A DNA stretch of 64,000 bases. It comes from Nitrospirales bacterium (lineage in GTDB: Bacteria; Nitrospirota; Nitrospiria; Nitrospirales; UBA8639). A model generated the notes under the pieces. It did no database searches, was not told the origin of the DNA, and saw only the letters and a program-made list of their open reading frames with translations. A program made the position numbers and the translations under genes. The stretch spans positions 160,001 through 224,000 of the forward strand of contig OY820905.2 of assembly GCA_963555755.3 (NCBI GenBank). The letters are read 5' to 3'. Below, piece by piece: positions 19,774 to 30,411 of the stretch; position 1 is the stretch's first letter, and each line of letters begins with the position of its first letter.

Positions 19774-20537
19774 GCTGCCACGCTCACAGGTCCGTATCGT
19801 TGGGAGAACTTGGAATAGATGTGGTCCGCGAGGGGTTCTAAGTTTCGGACATCCGCTTCGTTGTAGTGACACAGTTTCACACCCGCGTCTTCATCACCGG
19901 CTTGCCAGGCATACCAAAGGCGTACGGCGTCCCATCCATCCAAGCCCTGAATGTCTGGTTCACGCGCGAAACCTAACTCACGTTCAATGTGTTTCAAGCC
20001 TCCGCGAAGGCCGAGTCGTCTGGAAGCGAAGCATAAGTCGAAATGGGCATGATTGAGTGTCAGATTTGGATACGTCGTCCGAAGATAAGGCAGGTCAAAG
20101 CCTGTTCCAAAAAATGTGACGAGCAGATCATACTTGGCCAATTCCTTTTCCAATCTTTCCTGTGTTAAGGAATCCCCTTTGACTAAGATCGTGGGCGTTC
20201 CGTTGGCGAATAATCCCACGATGGTAATGTCTCCGTAGTCTGCTGGTTCGCCGGTGGTCTCAATATCGAGAAAGGCCGTCCGGGATCGGAAGGCTTCGAG
20301 GAATCGCCAATGTTCCTTGGATTTAAATCGCCTGGCGAGCGTTCTCCAATTTCCCAGCGCGAATTCCCTGGAGATGTCTTCAACCTCACGGTCATACAAG
20401 ATTTTTCTGGATGGAGAAATTCCAGGAAGGTCGGTGGATTGTAAAAAATGATCCCAATGCGTAATGCCCTGTTCCCAGAGTTGTTTTTCCGTGGTTTCGC
20501 CGATGCCATTGAGGAATATGAAGGAGGATTCGAGCAT
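19764..20537 (-). CDS. YprB-like RNase H-fold exonuclease
   Basis: FLDIETTG, FDLPYL, GGLKHIE, YNEADV. Confidence 0.88.
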   Translation of the reverse strand: MLESSFIFLNGIGETTEKQLWEQGITHWDHFLQSTDLPGISPSRKILYDREVEDISREFALGNWRTLARRFKSKEHWRFLEAFRSRTAFLDIETTGEPADYGDITIVGLFANGTPTILVKGDSLTQERLEKELAKYDLLVTFFGTGFDLPYLRTTYPNLTLNHAHFDLCFASRRLGLRGGLKHIERELGFAREPDIQGLDGWDAVRLWYAWQAGDEDAGVKLCHYNEADVRNLEPLADHIYSKFSQRYGPVSVAAWR

Positions 20538-20660
20538 GAGTGACGTTTGGGAAGTCGTGGTGAATTCTTGATTTGACGTGAGTGAACAAGCTACAGTCAA
20601 ACCATGAATTTATCAAGACAACTGGGGTTTCATTTTCGGAAATGAGGAGCTGTTTGTACC

Positions 20661-21047
20661 ATGGAAGAAGAGAAAAAACGGATTAAAATTTCGATTGGCG
20701 GCATTACGGTTCAAGCGGAGCTCAAGCCAACACGGACGGCGAATGGCATCTACGATGCGCTTCCGGTCGAGGCGGCGGTGAATCAATGGGGGGAAGAGTT
20801 TTACTGCAATATCCCTGGGGTCAAGGATCACCGTGAGACCGCGACCACGAACGTGAAAGTTGGCGATGTGGCGTTTTGGGGACTCGGCAGCATGTTGGCT
20901 GTCTTTTTTGGGCCGACGCCCATGAGCACTGGCCAGGATCCGGTTCCGGCTGATCGCGTGAATGTGATTGGTCGTTTGCTTGATGATCCACAAGTGTTAC
21001 GCCAGGCTGTTGGCGCGACCATGATGAAAGTGGAAAAGGCTTCGTGA
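20661..21047 (+). CDS. Cyclophilin-like fold protein
   Basis: WGEEFY, GDVAFW, VFFGPTP motifs. Confidence 0.8.
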   Translation: MEEEKKRIKISIGGITVQAELKPTRTANGIYDALPVEAAVNQWGEEFYCNIPGVKDHRETATTNVKVGDVAFWGLGSMLAVFFGPTPMSTGQDPVPADRVNVIGRLLDDPQVLRQAVGATMMKVEKAS

Positions 21048-21054
21048 GTTCATA

Positions 21055-21336
21055 ATGCGAATGACGAAAGAACGCATACGGCATGTCTCTTCCGCTGTAC
21101 TTGAGCGGCTGAAGAGTCAGCAATTGTTTGATGTGACTGGATCCAAGGAAAAGCTTATTGATGCATTGGAAAAATCCATCACTGATGAGTTGTCGGTTGA
21201 AGATCGGCTGAATGCTGAAGTGCGGAAAATGCTGAAACAATATGACGGGGAATTCGACAGCGGCCGGGCCGATTATCAAAAAATGTTTGTGATGGTGAAA
21301 AGTAAACTCGTGAAAGAGCGGAGCATTGTCCTGTAA
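21055..21336 (+). CDS. DUF507-family protein
   Basis: EDRLNAEVRKML...DYQKMFVMVKSKLVKER. Confidence 0.8.
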   Translation: MRMTKERIRHVSSAVLERLKSQQLFDVTGSKEKLIDALEKSITDELSVEDRLNAEVRKMLKQYDGEFDSGRADYQKMFVMVKSKLVKERSIVL

Positions 21337-21381
21337 CGGCTGACGGTGTGTTGGTCTCAGTCGTATGGGAGTGGAGGGCAA

Positions 21382-21666
21382 ATGAGTGGTGTTCTGTCTG
21401 ACGAGAAGCAAATGCATCTGTCCCATGTCATTTTGCAGTCTTTGGAGGGAACGACTGAGGGGCGTTTCGTGGGGTCCTCCACGCTCGCACTACGGGAGAT
21501 CAAGCTGGTACTGGCCGAGCATATGGCATTGGAGAAGGATATCGATAGGATTGTTCGTTCTCGGCTTCAGTCGTATTCCCGAAAGATTCCCGAAGGGACT
21601 TCGGAATGGGATGTGATGTATCAAAAGACCTATGAGGAAGAACTCCGAAAACGTCAACTGGGTTGA
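21382..21666 (+). CDS. DUF507-family protein (second)
   Basis: IPEGTSEWDVMYQKTYEEEL; GGAGG RBS before ATG 21382. Confidence 0.8.
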   Translation: MSGVLSDEKQMHLSHVILQSLEGTTEGRFVGSSTLALREIKLVLAEHMALEKDIDRIVRSRLQSYSRKIPEGTSEWDVMYQKTYEEELRKRQLG

Positions 21667-21774
21667 TAGTTTTTTAGAAGGTTTTGGAGTTCACTTTTTT
21701 TTGAATAACTCAGGTTCAGGGTTCATAGGTTTTGCGGATCACGGGTTAAGGAAAGAGGAAGATTAAACCGTCTA

Positions 21775-22719
21775 ATGATATTGAAGTGTGGCAAAGGGAT
21801 TATGCAGAACGGAAAGTGGCCAACCCTGAACAGTGAACCCGGCAACCTGAGAAGTGACTTCCATTCTTACTGCTGGTTTGTCGGGGCCACCCTGTGTATG
21901 TTGTTGAGTCTGGGTACTTCCTCACTTCTTTTTGCCGCAGATGAAAAGACGACAGGGCGATTGATTGTTGAGGATGTGCTGGCTCGGCCGGGAAAACCAG
22001 CGATGCTCAAGGCTCGGCTCGTCCAGGATGGTCTTCTGGGGGTGACGGGATTGGGTGGGGAAACGATACGGTTTGTGGTGATGGGGCAACATGTTGGAAC
22101 GACGTTAACGGGCGGGGATGGTCGTGCCTTTCTCGAGTACAAAACTCAAATGCGGGGGAACCATCCCATCGTCGGGGAAGTTGAGTCGAGCCCGCGAGTC
22201 AATGCCGTCACCGGTTTTGGGAATTATGCTTCATGGGAGCGGCGCAAACCGATTCTCTTCGTGGATGTCGTGACACTCTTCAAAGCCGGAGATGGAGGTG
22301 CACTCTTGCTTCCTGCTCTACCCATGTTTATCGCCGCGAAGTGGGGTGAGCCTGATGAAGACGCGCCACGAGAGCTCACGAAACTCGGGAAGTTTTATTA
22401 TAACATCGTTTACCTATTGCGTGGCGACAAGGGAAATTTGGAGACCCTTCGTGCTTGGTTGAAAACCTCTGAGTTTCCTCCTGGGATTGCCCGTGTGATT
22501 CAACCCGGGTCAGCCAAATTGCTTGCATTCATTGAACAACTCAAGGAAGGCGGTTGGGACCACATTGAAGCAGGCATTGGCCAGACAAAAGAGTTTGCCG
22601 ATACCCTGGTGAAAAACAGGATCAAGGCCGTGATTTTTCCTGACCCTTCAAAAAAAGAAAAGTTTCCCCGTCGGGCCAAAATTATTTCGACGTGGAAAGA
22701 GGTTCGGAAGCATTTGTAA
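21775..22719 (+). CDS. Exported hypothetical protein
   Basis: Long ORF with a hydrophobic signal-like segment; start uncertain. Confidence 0.7.
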   Translation: MILKCGKGIMQNGKWPTLNSEPGNLRSDFHSYCWFVGATLCMLLSLGTSSLLFAADEKTTGRLIVEDVLARPGKPAMLKARLVQDGLLGVTGLGGETIRFVVMGQHVGTTLTGGDGRAFLEYKTQMRGNHPIVGEVESSPRVNAVTGFGNYASWERRKPILFVDVVTLFKAGDGGALLLPALPMFIAAKWGEPDEDAPRELTKLGKFYYNIVYLLRGDKGNLETLRAWLKTSEFPPGIARVIQPGSAKLLAFIEQLKEGGWDHIEAGIGQTKEFADTLVKNRIKAVIFPDPSKKEKFPRRAKIISTWKEVRKHL

Positions 22720-22812
22720 CCCGTAGTAAATCCGTCTAATCTTGGACAGCCTCCTAGGCCTACTGATTACCCCGGGCCATAATCGGAAACGATTTCGGGT
22801 CAGTCGCTTGCC

Positions 22813-24192
22813 ATGAAAGCTCCAAAATCCAAAACTATTTTCATCTGCCAGGAATGTGGGTTTCAAACACCACGCTGGGCCGGTCGGTGTCCGGATTGTT
22901 CCCAGTGGAATTCGTTGAAGGAAGAGGTGACGAGCGGGAGAAGTTCAACCGGTATTCAAAAGGTCCTTCAAGGGGCTGCTGACAAACCTACGCCCATTAC
23001 CGAAATTGCTATTGATCCCGAGCCTCGACTGTCCACGCAACTAAGGGAATTGGATCGGGTGCTTGGCGGCGGGGTGGTCCCGGGGTCGGTGATCCTGGTC
23101 GGCGGGGATCCAGGCATTGGAAAAACCACCTTACTCTTTCAGATGTTGCAGGGGCTGGGGCAAGGCGGCCAATCGTTGCTGTATGTGTCAGGGGAAGAAT
23201 CGCCTCGGCAACTTAAGATGCGTGGGGACCGGCTGGGGATTTCGAGTTCGTCTCTCTATATTTTGGCGGAAACGTCCCTTGAAACTATTTTGAAAACCAC
23301 GCATGCGATGCAGCCGGCGGCGTTGGTCGTGGATTCCATTCAAACGGTCTATACCGACCAAATCGCGTCGGCGCCCGGAAGCGTGAGCCAGGTGCAGGAA
23401 GTGGCGTGTCAGTTGATGTGGTATGCCAAGCGAAGCTCGGTACCGGTGTTTATCATTGGGCACGTGACGAAGGATGGGATGATTGCCGGGCCGAAACTCT
23501 TGGAACACATTGTGGATACGGTGCTCTACTTTGAAGGCGATAAAGGCCATACCTACCGCATTCTGCGGGCCGTCAAAAATCGATTTGGTCCAACCAATGA
23601 AATTGGCGTATTCGAGATGAAGGACTCCGGGTTGGAAGAAGTGGCCAATCCGTCAGAGTTGTTTCTGGCAGGCCGTCCTGAACAGAGTCCGGGGTCTGTG
23701 GTGGTTTCGACTCTCGAAGGCACCCGGCCCATCCTGGTCGAATTGCAAGCCTTGGTGACGTCTACGGGGTATGCCATGCCCAAGCGCATGGCCAACGGGG
23801 TCGAAGTGAATCGGGTTTCCTTGTTACTGGCGGTGATGGAAAAACGGCTCGGTCTGCATCTGTCCGGGCAGGATGTGTATTTCAATGTCGTGGGCGGCCT
23901 TCGTATTGATGAACCTGCCATCGACTTGGGGATTGTGGCCGCAGTGGTGTCCAGCTTTCGAGATCAGGTGATTGATGCCCATACCTTATTTTTGGGAGAA
24001 GTGGGTCTTGGTGGAGAAATTCGTCCGGTGACTCAAGTAGATATCCGAGCGCGGGAAGCGATGAAATTGGGATTTCAACGATGTGTGTTGCCTGAGGGTA
24101 ATCTCGCGAAATGGGCAGGGGTACCCGGACTGGAAGTCATTGGTGTTCGGGAAATTGGTGATGTGTTGGATCAGGTCATGGCTCGTGCGTAA
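22813..24192 (+). CDS. radA: DNA repair protein RadA/Sms
   Basis: C4 zinc finger, GDPGIGKTT, KNRFG motif, Lon-like C-terminus. Confidence 0.97.
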   Translation: MKAPKSKTIFICQECGFQTPRWAGRCPDCSQWNSLKEEVTSGRSSTGIQKVLQGAADKPTPITEIAIDPEPRLSTQLRELDRVLGGGVVPGSVILVGGDPGIGKTTLLFQMLQGLGQGGQSLLYVSGEESPRQLKMRGDRLGISSSSLYILAETSLETILKTTHAMQPAALVVDSIQTVYTDQIASAPGSVSQVQEVACQLMWYAKRSSVPVFIIGHVTKDGMIAGPKLLEHIVDTVLYFEGDKGHTYRILRAVKNRFGPTNEIGVFEMKDSGLEEVANPSELFLAGRPEQSPGSVVVSTLEGTRPILVELQALVTSTGYAMPKRMANGVEVNRVSLLLAVMEKRLGLHLSGQDVYFNVVGGLRIDEPAIDLGIVAAVVSSFRDQVIDAHTLFLGEVGLGGEIRPVTQVDIRAREAMKLGFQRCVLPEGNLAKWAGVPGLEVIGVREIGDVLDQVMARA

Positions 24193-24199
24193 CTCTCAA

Positions 24200-25042
24200 A
24201 TGGCCTCGACCGATGATTTGGCCCAACCTGCCTGCCCTCACCGATTTGTCGGCATCGTATGTTGGGGGCTCTTCCTCGTGATGTTGTCTAGCTGTACCAC
24301 TGTTCCGGTCCCTCAAACTTCCCCAGTTTCCTCGGAGACATCTGCAAAGATCATTGAAACATTGCAAGCGCGAGAGGCGAATGTGGTCAGCCTCAAAGGC
24401 CTCTTTGAAGCAGAGCTTGATGGGAAGGGCATGGCTTTTGCGCCCTCTCTTCAGGGCACGATTCTCTACCAACGTCCGGATCAATTTCGTATCAAAGGCT
24501 TTACCCGGTTTGGGGGGTTGGTGTTTGATTTTGTCCTGTCTCATGGTTTGTATGCGCTTCGCGTGAAGAATCAGCCAAGGCCAATTGTTGGCGGAAGTGA
24601 TGATTTTCAGAGGTTGGGAGAATTGCGTCTGCCTGTGCTTTTGAGTTTGCGAGCGATCGAGGTTCTATTAGGAAAATTGCCATTGGTCGCTGAAAATTCT
24701 CTCGCGGTGCAGCAGGGGGATGAGACGTATCAATTTGATATTCCATCCGATTCAAGGACGAATCCGTCAACCCTTTCCCAACGCATTGTGATCGATCAGC
24801 GTTCCTTGCATGTTCGACAATTGGATTATGTGAATTCCGAAGGAGAGTCTGTCGTGTCCATTCGTACATCGGATTTCCGCCTTGTTCGTGATGGATCACA
24901 GGTTGAGTCCGGTACCATTCTGTTGCCATTTGGTGTCCAAGCCGAAGATCATGTGGAAGCCGGAAGTGTGGTGTTGGAATTTATGGAAATCATTGTCAAT
25001 GAACCTCTCGATAAACAGGTGTTTACCCTCGCGGCTTTTTAG
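24200..25042 (+). CDS. Lipoprotein, LolA/LolB-like fold
   Basis: Lipobox LSSC; beta-rich sequence; fold assignment is inference. Confidence 0.65.
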   Translation: MASTDDLAQPACPHRFVGIVCWGLFLVMLSSCTTVPVPQTSPVSSETSAKIIETLQAREANVVSLKGLFEAELDGKGMAFAPSLQGTILYQRPDQFRIKGFTRFGGLVFDFVLSHGLYALRVKNQPRPIVGGSDDFQRLGELRLPVLLSLRAIEVLLGKLPLVAENSLAVQQGDETYQFDIPSDSRTNPSTLSQRIVIDQRSLHVRQLDYVNSEGESVVSIRTSDFRLVRDGSQVESGTILLPFGVQAEDHVEAGSVVLEFMEIIVNEPLDKQVFTLAAF

Positions 25043-25199
25043 GGCTCGCACAAGAATAACTTCCCCTGTTTGGGCGTCGATCCATCCCGTCTGGCGGCGT
25101 TGCTCGTCCTTTCCCTACCGAGGAGTATGCGCAGTCCTCGCGCCTTGCCAGACAGGTGTTTCAGCACCCAAACAGGGGAGTTTATTCTTGTGCGAACCC
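25042..25199. mobile_element. MITE family A (158 bp)
   Basis: TIR GGG(C/T)TCGCACAAGAATAA; TTA duplicated at 25039-25041 and 25200-25202. Confidence 0.9.
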
Positions 25200-25233
25200 T
25201 TAGCCGTGTGCACAATCGGAGAAACGGTTGGAC

Positions 25234-25923
25234 ATGAAAATTCTGGCTGTTGAAACGGCGACACGTTGTCACAGTGTGGCCATTGTTGATGATCATCAGG
25301 TGCTGGCCGAAGAAACGGATCCCGATTGTGCTTCGCATGCGAGTGTCTTGGTTCCCACCATTGATCGTCTTCTGCAATCCCTTGGCCTGGTGGTCAACCA
25401 ACTTGATGGCTTAGCCGTTTCTTTGGGACCGGGATCGTTTACCGGTTTGCGCGTTGGGCTTTCCACAATGATGGGATTTCGTGTTGCCACGCAGCTTCCT
25501 CTAGTGACCGTCCCGACGTTGGAGGGGATGGCGTGGAATATGAGGGGGGAGAATAAACCCGTCTGCCCCATCTTAAAAGCAAGTCGAGGTGATGTGTATT
25601 GGGCCTTATTTCAGTGGAAAGGCGACCAGCTTGAACGCGTGAGCGAGGATCGCCATGGACCATTATTGCAACTTATTGATTCTATTGAAAATGCAACCAT
25701 TCTATTTGGTGAGGGCTGGTTGGCGCACGCTTCTGATTTACATAAATTGCTAGGTGGAAAAGCCATCTCAGGGCCGGATGAGGCCATGCAGCCCTCGGCA
25801 ATTAGTGTGGCATTTTCCAGCTTGTCATCCTTCCGTTCAAGGCAGTATGCTGGGGGGCAACTCTCCCCTCGGTATATTCAACGTGCTGAAGCCGAAGTGC
25901 AATGGGAGGCTAAGGGCCTGTGA
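25234..25923 (+). CDS. tsaB: tRNA t6A biosynthesis protein TsaB
   Basis: MKILAVETAT, GPGSFTGLRVG, PRYIQ; precedes rimI. Confidence 0.93.
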   Translation: MKILAVETATRCHSVAIVDDHQVLAEETDPDCASHASVLVPTIDRLLQSLGLVVNQLDGLAVSLGPGSFTGLRVGLSTMMGFRVATQLPLVTVPTLEGMAWNMRGENKPVCPILKASRGDVYWALFQWKGDQLERVSEDRHGPLLQLIDSIENATILFGEGWLAHASDLHKLLGGKAISGPDEAMQPSAISVAFSSLSSFRSRQYAGGQLSPRYIQRAEAEVQWEAKGL

Positions 25924-26093
25924 AAAAATTACTTGGACAACATCGCGCCCAGATTTGGGTCAGATTTGGACGTAACGATTGAGAAAAAACCGAGCCATAG
26001 CATGCCTATGTTGAGGTTTTTTTGATTGAGGCACGTTTAAAGATGGCCCGAAGATGGGATGCGATGTTGTCCAAGTAATTTTTTCACCGGCCC
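25914..26093. mobile_element. MITE family D (180 bp) in the tsaB 3' end
   Basis: Long TIR GGGCC(T/G)GTGAAAAAATTACTTGGACAACATCGC; TAA TSD at 25911-25913 and 26094-26096. Confidence 0.9.
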
Positions 26094-26132
26094 TAAAGCC
26101 CGTAAAGCATCTATTTCAAATTCAAACTGATT

Positions 26133-26648
26133 ATGCTCAACATGGATGTGGAACCTTCGTCGAATTTGTGCCTACGTATCAACCCTGTTGAATCCTCTCA
26201 CCTTGATCAAATTGTGGACATTGAGCAGGAGGCATTTTCTGCTCCATGGACTCGCGTGATGTTTGAGGCCGAGTTGGTGGGAAACCCATTTAGCCGGTTG
26301 TATGTGGCGACTCCCATCGATGATCAGGGTCAGCCTGAAGATATTGCTGGGTATCTTTGCTATTGGATCGTGTTTGAAGAATTACGAATACTCAATTTGG
26401 CCGTGTGTCAACCGTGGAGACGTCAGGGGATTGCGCGTCGATTCGTGCAGTTTGCGCTGTATGATGCCAAAACTCAGGGTGTGGAACGGGCATTATTGGA
26501 GGTTCGGGCTTCGAATATCGCCGCTCAATCCTTGTATGACGGCTTCGGATTTCGCGAATATGGGAGTCGAGCTGCCTACTATACCGACCCTGCTGAGGAT
26601 GCTATTCTGATGCGGCTTGATCCCATAGAGTTTGATGACCCATTTTAG
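26133..26648 (+). CDS. rimI: Ribosomal protein alanine N-acetyltransferase
   Basis: NLAV..PWRRQGIA, LEVRASN..AQSLY..FGF, YY..PAEDAILM. Confidence 0.92.
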   Translation: MLNMDVEPSSNLCLRINPVESSHLDQIVDIEQEAFSAPWTRVMFEAELVGNPFSRLYVATPIDDQGQPEDIAGYLCYWIVFEELRILNLAVCQPWRRQGIARRFVQFALYDAKTQGVERALLEVRASNIAAQSLYDGFGFREYGSRAAYYTDPAEDAILMRLDPIEFDDPF

Positions 26649-26804
26649 CAGGATGTTGAAAAAGCATGCCCTGAGTCTTTCCGAAGGGTCCGCTAGCTGG
26701 GTTCCCTGCCTCTGCCGAAACGGCTTCGCGTTTGCGCGCTGTAGCCGCTACAACGCGCAAGCGTGCAGGCAGGTCAGCTTTGACGGGTTTTTTTGCACAT
26801 CCTG
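26649..26804. mobile_element. MITE with family-B-like ends but a different interior
   Basis: CAGGATGTTGAAAAA...TTTTTGCACATCCTG; shares the 25-bp module at 26664-26688. Confidence 0.65.
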
Positions 26805-26862
26805 TTTTGCAAGTGGTATTGGGATATTCGCTATCATAATTTGATGACCGTATTCTAACCCA

Positions 26863-27041
26863 GGACCTGAGGGAAAATAACTTGGACATCTCGTATCCAA
26901 TCTTCGGGCCATCGTTGAACGGGCCTCAATCGAAACACCCTCAACATAGCTGTGCTATGCCTCGGGTCTTTCTCAATCGTTCCGTCCACATCTGCCCCCA
27001 ATCTTGGCGCGATATGGTCCAAGTTATTTTCTCTCAGGTCC
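26863..27041. mobile_element. MITE family D
   Basis: GGACCTGAGGGAAAATAACTTGGAC...GTCCAAGTTATTTTCTCTCAGGTCC. Confidence 0.9.
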
Positions 27042-27078
27042 TCACGCCCTCAGGTAGGGCACAGAAGGGAGGATTCGT

Positions 27079-27318
27079 ATGATGAGTGACGAACAAATTG
27101 TAGAGCACCTCCGTTCATCGAATGCAGATTATCGAGAGATGGAGGAATCGCATCATCGTCTCGATGCTGAACTGGAAACGTTATTGCAAAACCACACCCT
27201 CACACCTCAAGAAGAGTTACTGAAAAAACAAATTCAAAAAGAGAAACTTGGCAAGAAGGATCGTATGGCGGGAATGATCCGAGAGTACCGGGTGAGTCAA
27301 GGCCAGCCTACGGGTTGA
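27079..27318 (+). CDS. DUF465/YdcH-family small protein
   Basis: HHRLD..L..L...LT..EEL....QKEKL.KKD; GGAGG RBS. Confidence 0.8.
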   Translation: MMSDEQIVEHLRSSNADYREMEESHHRLDAELETLLQNHTLTPQEELLKKQIQKEKLGKKDRMAGMIREYRVSQGQPTG

Positions 27319-27379
27319 AGTTTTCCCCGGGTGCTGTAGAAGTCTCGAGTTCGCGTTTTACACAAGGCCAATTTTTTTT

Positions 27380-28159
27380 ATGATATCGATTGCAAATCCT
27401 CTTTCTCGTCATATTGGTAATATCAAGCGCCGGCTGCTGATTATTGGCGCGACGATTTTGGTGGCGTTCGTCATCATGTTCTCTGTGTCATCGGATTTGA
27501 TTGAGTGGTTTAAGCGACCGTTTGCTGATGATTTGATATTTTATGGGCCGGCCGAAGCCCTCTTTGCTTCAATAAAAATCTCCTTCCTCGCGGCGATTGT
27601 AGTCAGCCTGCCGGTCATTCTTCACCAATGTTGGAAGTTTATCCAGCCGGCGCTGTTGCCCGGTGAGCAACGGTGGGGCATTCCGTTGTTTGTATTGGCC
27701 TCCGGGTTTTTTGCTCTCGGTTTGGTTTTTTGCAACTTAGTGATTCTTCCCCTTGTCATAAACTTCTTTGTGTCCTTCGGATTAGAGCGAGAATTAAAGC
27801 CGGAATTAGCGGTGGGGATGTATGTCGATTTCAACGTGAAATTTCTTTTAGCGTTTGGCTTTGCGTTTGAATTGCCGCTGACGTTAACGCTGCTGTCCCG
27901 AGTCGGCTTGGTTACGCCGGAACAACTCATCAAGTTCCGCCGCCATGCTGCGATGATTGCCTTGATTGTCTCCGCCGTCATTACTCCCGATGCGACGCTC
28001 TTTACCATGATGCTGATGGCGGTTCCCCTGATTGTGCTCTATGAAGCGGGAATTTGGGGGGCAAAGTGGTTTGGTCAGCGGAAACCTGCTGTCTCTGATG
28101 AGTCAGAGGACGCTGATAGCGAATCTCTTTCCGAGGATGAAGCCACTCCACCTTCTTAA
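27380..28159 (+). CDS. tatC: Twin-arginine translocase subunit TatC (copy 1)
   Basis: WKFIQPAL, FELP, AVITPDA, LYE; six hydrophobic segments. Confidence 0.9.
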   Translation: MISIANPLSRHIGNIKRRLLIIGATILVAFVIMFSVSSDLIEWFKRPFADDLIFYGPAEALFASIKISFLAAIVVSLPVILHQCWKFIQPALLPGEQRWGIPLFVLASGFFALGLVFCNLVILPLVINFFVSFGLERELKPELAVGMYVDFNVKFLLAFGFAFELPLTLTLLSRVGLVTPEQLIKFRRHAAMIALIVSAVITPDATLFTMMLMAVPLIVLYEAGIWGAKWFGQRKPAVSDESEDADSESLSEDEATPPS

Positions 28160-28181
28160 GAGTGTGTGACCTTTTCTCAGT

Positions 28182-29258
28182 ATGAGCCGTTATAAAAAAC
28201 AACCCCTTTCCCAAATACAGCTCTTGGGCATTTTTCTTACCCCGGTGATCCTGATCGCCTCGTGGAGTGGCGGGGCTTTGGCTGCATCGGAACGTCATTC
28301 CAATCCGTTTGGGCATGAGGGTGCTTTTGCTCCAAGCATTCAAGCCTTAGCTACGACGAGTGAAGGAACGGTCTATGCGGGATCTTTTGGCTTAGGTGTG
28401 TTTGTAAGCCATGATCATGGTGATACGTGGAAGACCATCAATGTAGGGCTCGGTGATCGATTCATTCTCTCCCTCGCTGTTGATCAAAAAGGGATTGTGT
28501 ATGCCGGAACCGTCCGTGGTGGTATTTTTCGAACCAAGGAAGATGGGATGTCCTGGGAAGCCATTTCTCAAGGCCTCAAGCGAGTGGAAGTCAAATCGCT
28601 TCTGGCTCATTCCCGAGGGATCTATGCAGGCACAGGGCGTGGGGTGTATCAATGGCATGAGCCTGATCAGACCTGGGTGGTGGTGGCCGATGGCTTAGAT
28701 CAAATATTGGTCTCCAGTTTGGTCATGATGGATAATCAGCGTTTGTTCGCGGGGACAGCGGGAAAAGGCGTACTGTGGCTCGACACGACGAAGCCTGGGA
28801 CGGCCACATGGCAACGGGTCAAGAGTCAGTTCGTCGATGCTAAGGAACGCCTCCGGCATAATCACATTCGGATCCTCGCGAAGAATCGAGACAATACATT
28901 ATTCGTGGGGACGCAGGACGGCGGCATTTATCACAGCGTTGATCGTGGAAAATCTTGGCAAGCCTTTGGTCGATCATTGCCCAATGATTCTATTCGAGGA
29001 ATTGTGCCAACGAATGCTGGGGTATTTGTGGCAACCGGACGGGGTATTTATACAACAGCCTTGCCCAAGGCAAAATGGACTTCCGTAAACACCGGTCTCA
29101 CTGAACGCGCGGTTCAGGTCATGGTCGTGACCCCGGAAGGTGATTTCTTTGTTGGGACCAGTGCCGGAGCCTTTCGAAGCCAGGACCGTGGCCAACATTG
29201 GGTGAATGTGAGCGAAGGGTTGGGTACACAGTTTTCCATGCCGCGCCCCTATTTTTAA
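28182..29258 (+). CDS. Exported BNR/Asp-box beta-propeller protein
   Basis: Repeated S.D.G.TW Asp boxes and YAGT..G motifs. Confidence 0.8.
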   Translation: MSRYKKQPLSQIQLLGIFLTPVILIASWSGGALAASERHSNPFGHEGAFAPSIQALATTSEGTVYAGSFGLGVFVSHDHGDTWKTINVGLGDRFILSLAVDQKGIVYAGTVRGGIFRTKEDGMSWEAISQGLKRVEVKSLLAHSRGIYAGTGRGVYQWHEPDQTWVVVADGLDQILVSSLVMMDNQRLFAGTAGKGVLWLDTTKPGTATWQRVKSQFVDAKERLRHNHIRILAKNRDNTLFVGTQDGGIYHSVDRGKSWQAFGRSLPNDSIRGIVPTNAGVFVATGRGIYTTALPKAKWTSVNTGLTERAVQVMVVTPEGDFFVGTSAGAFRSQDRGQHWVNVSEGLGTQFSMPRPYF

Positions 29259-29259
29259 T

Positions 29260-29480
29260 GGGAATGTTGAAAAAGGGCGTCAGCGGCGTTCTCGGCCCTT
29301 TATCGTGCTCACGTACTATGAGTACGCTCCGCGCGCCAAAGCGCCTGCGGCCTTGCTGAGCGCACCCCCCGCCTCCGCGAGGGCATGCTTTTTGAACATC
29401 CCCTGTCGCTCTTGTAATTTCCTGAGATGTATCACCTATGAACCGTATTATGAGAATTTCTCTGGTTCTTCAACAGTCCC
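29260..29480. mobile_element. MITE family B copy
   Basis: Core 29260-29403 plus tail ending TTCAACAGTCCC. Confidence 0.8.
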
Positions 29481-29513
29481 ATTAACTTTTTTAGATTTTA
29501 GAAGGAGTGTGTT

Positions 29514-30017
29514 ATGAGTGACGCGAGTCAACACAAAGCGACAATCACCGTTTCGTCACAAGGTGAAACGTGGGGAAAGATTGTCTTACAATTTTATCCG
29601 GAAGTTGCGCCAAATCATGTGAATAATTTTTGCAAATTGGCTCAGGATAAATTTTATGATGGCGCCACGTTTCATCGCGTCATTCCGGGGTTTATGATTC
29701 AAGGCGGCGATCCCAATAGCAAAAACCCCGATCGTTCAACGCATGGTTCGGGGGGGCCTGGTTACCACGTGAACGCCGAGTTTAACGATAAACTTCATAC
29801 GCGTGGAGTGCTGTCCATGGCCCGCGCACAAGACCCGAATAGCGCGGGATCGCAGTTCTTTATTTGTGTGGCCGATGCCGCGTTTTTAAATGGGCAATAC
29901 ACCGCGTTTGGGGAAGTGGAAAGTGGAATGGATGTTGTCGATCGTGTAGTTGGCGTCAAGCGAGATGGAAACGATAATCCACTTGACCGTATCGAAATGA
30001 AGGTGACAGTCAGCTAA
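29514..30017 (+). CDS. Cyclophilin-type peptidyl-prolyl isomerase
   Basis: FHRVIPGFMIQGGD, SMARA, SAGSQFFI. Confidence 0.95.
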   Translation: MSDASQHKATITVSSQGETWGKIVLQFYPEVAPNHVNNFCKLAQDKFYDGATFHRVIPGFMIQGGDPNSKNPDRSTHGSGGPGYHVNAEFNDKLHTRGVLSMARAQDPNSAGSQFFICVADAAFLNGQYTAFGEVESGMDVVDRVVGVKRDGNDNPLDRIEMKVTVS

Positions 30018-30411
30018 GTTGAGGTCTTGGGTGATGGTTGAAGCCGGGTCTGGGATATTCAATATTGGCGTTTGATCATGAGGCCATGTCTGCAACCGTT
30101 GAGAGCATGTTGAAAAAGTTTTCGACTATCACAATCTTTCTTTCTCGTTGAAAAAGTAGCTCTTCCTTTCAGAAAAAACTTCCGTACTCTTTTCTTTCTC
30201 TTATCCCGTTTCCGGGTTGGGGCTTGGTGTGTGATCAAGCGAAGCCAAATTTCAATAAGACGCCATAACGTCATTTCCTGAGAGGAAAACCGTACGCAGC
30301 ATGGCGGATTTACCCTAAGGGTTGATGGCTGTATTCTTCAATCATGTCAACAGAATAGAGATGCGTTGGTTACACCAAGTAAAATCGCGAGCAGCAAAGG
30401 AGAAAACCAAA

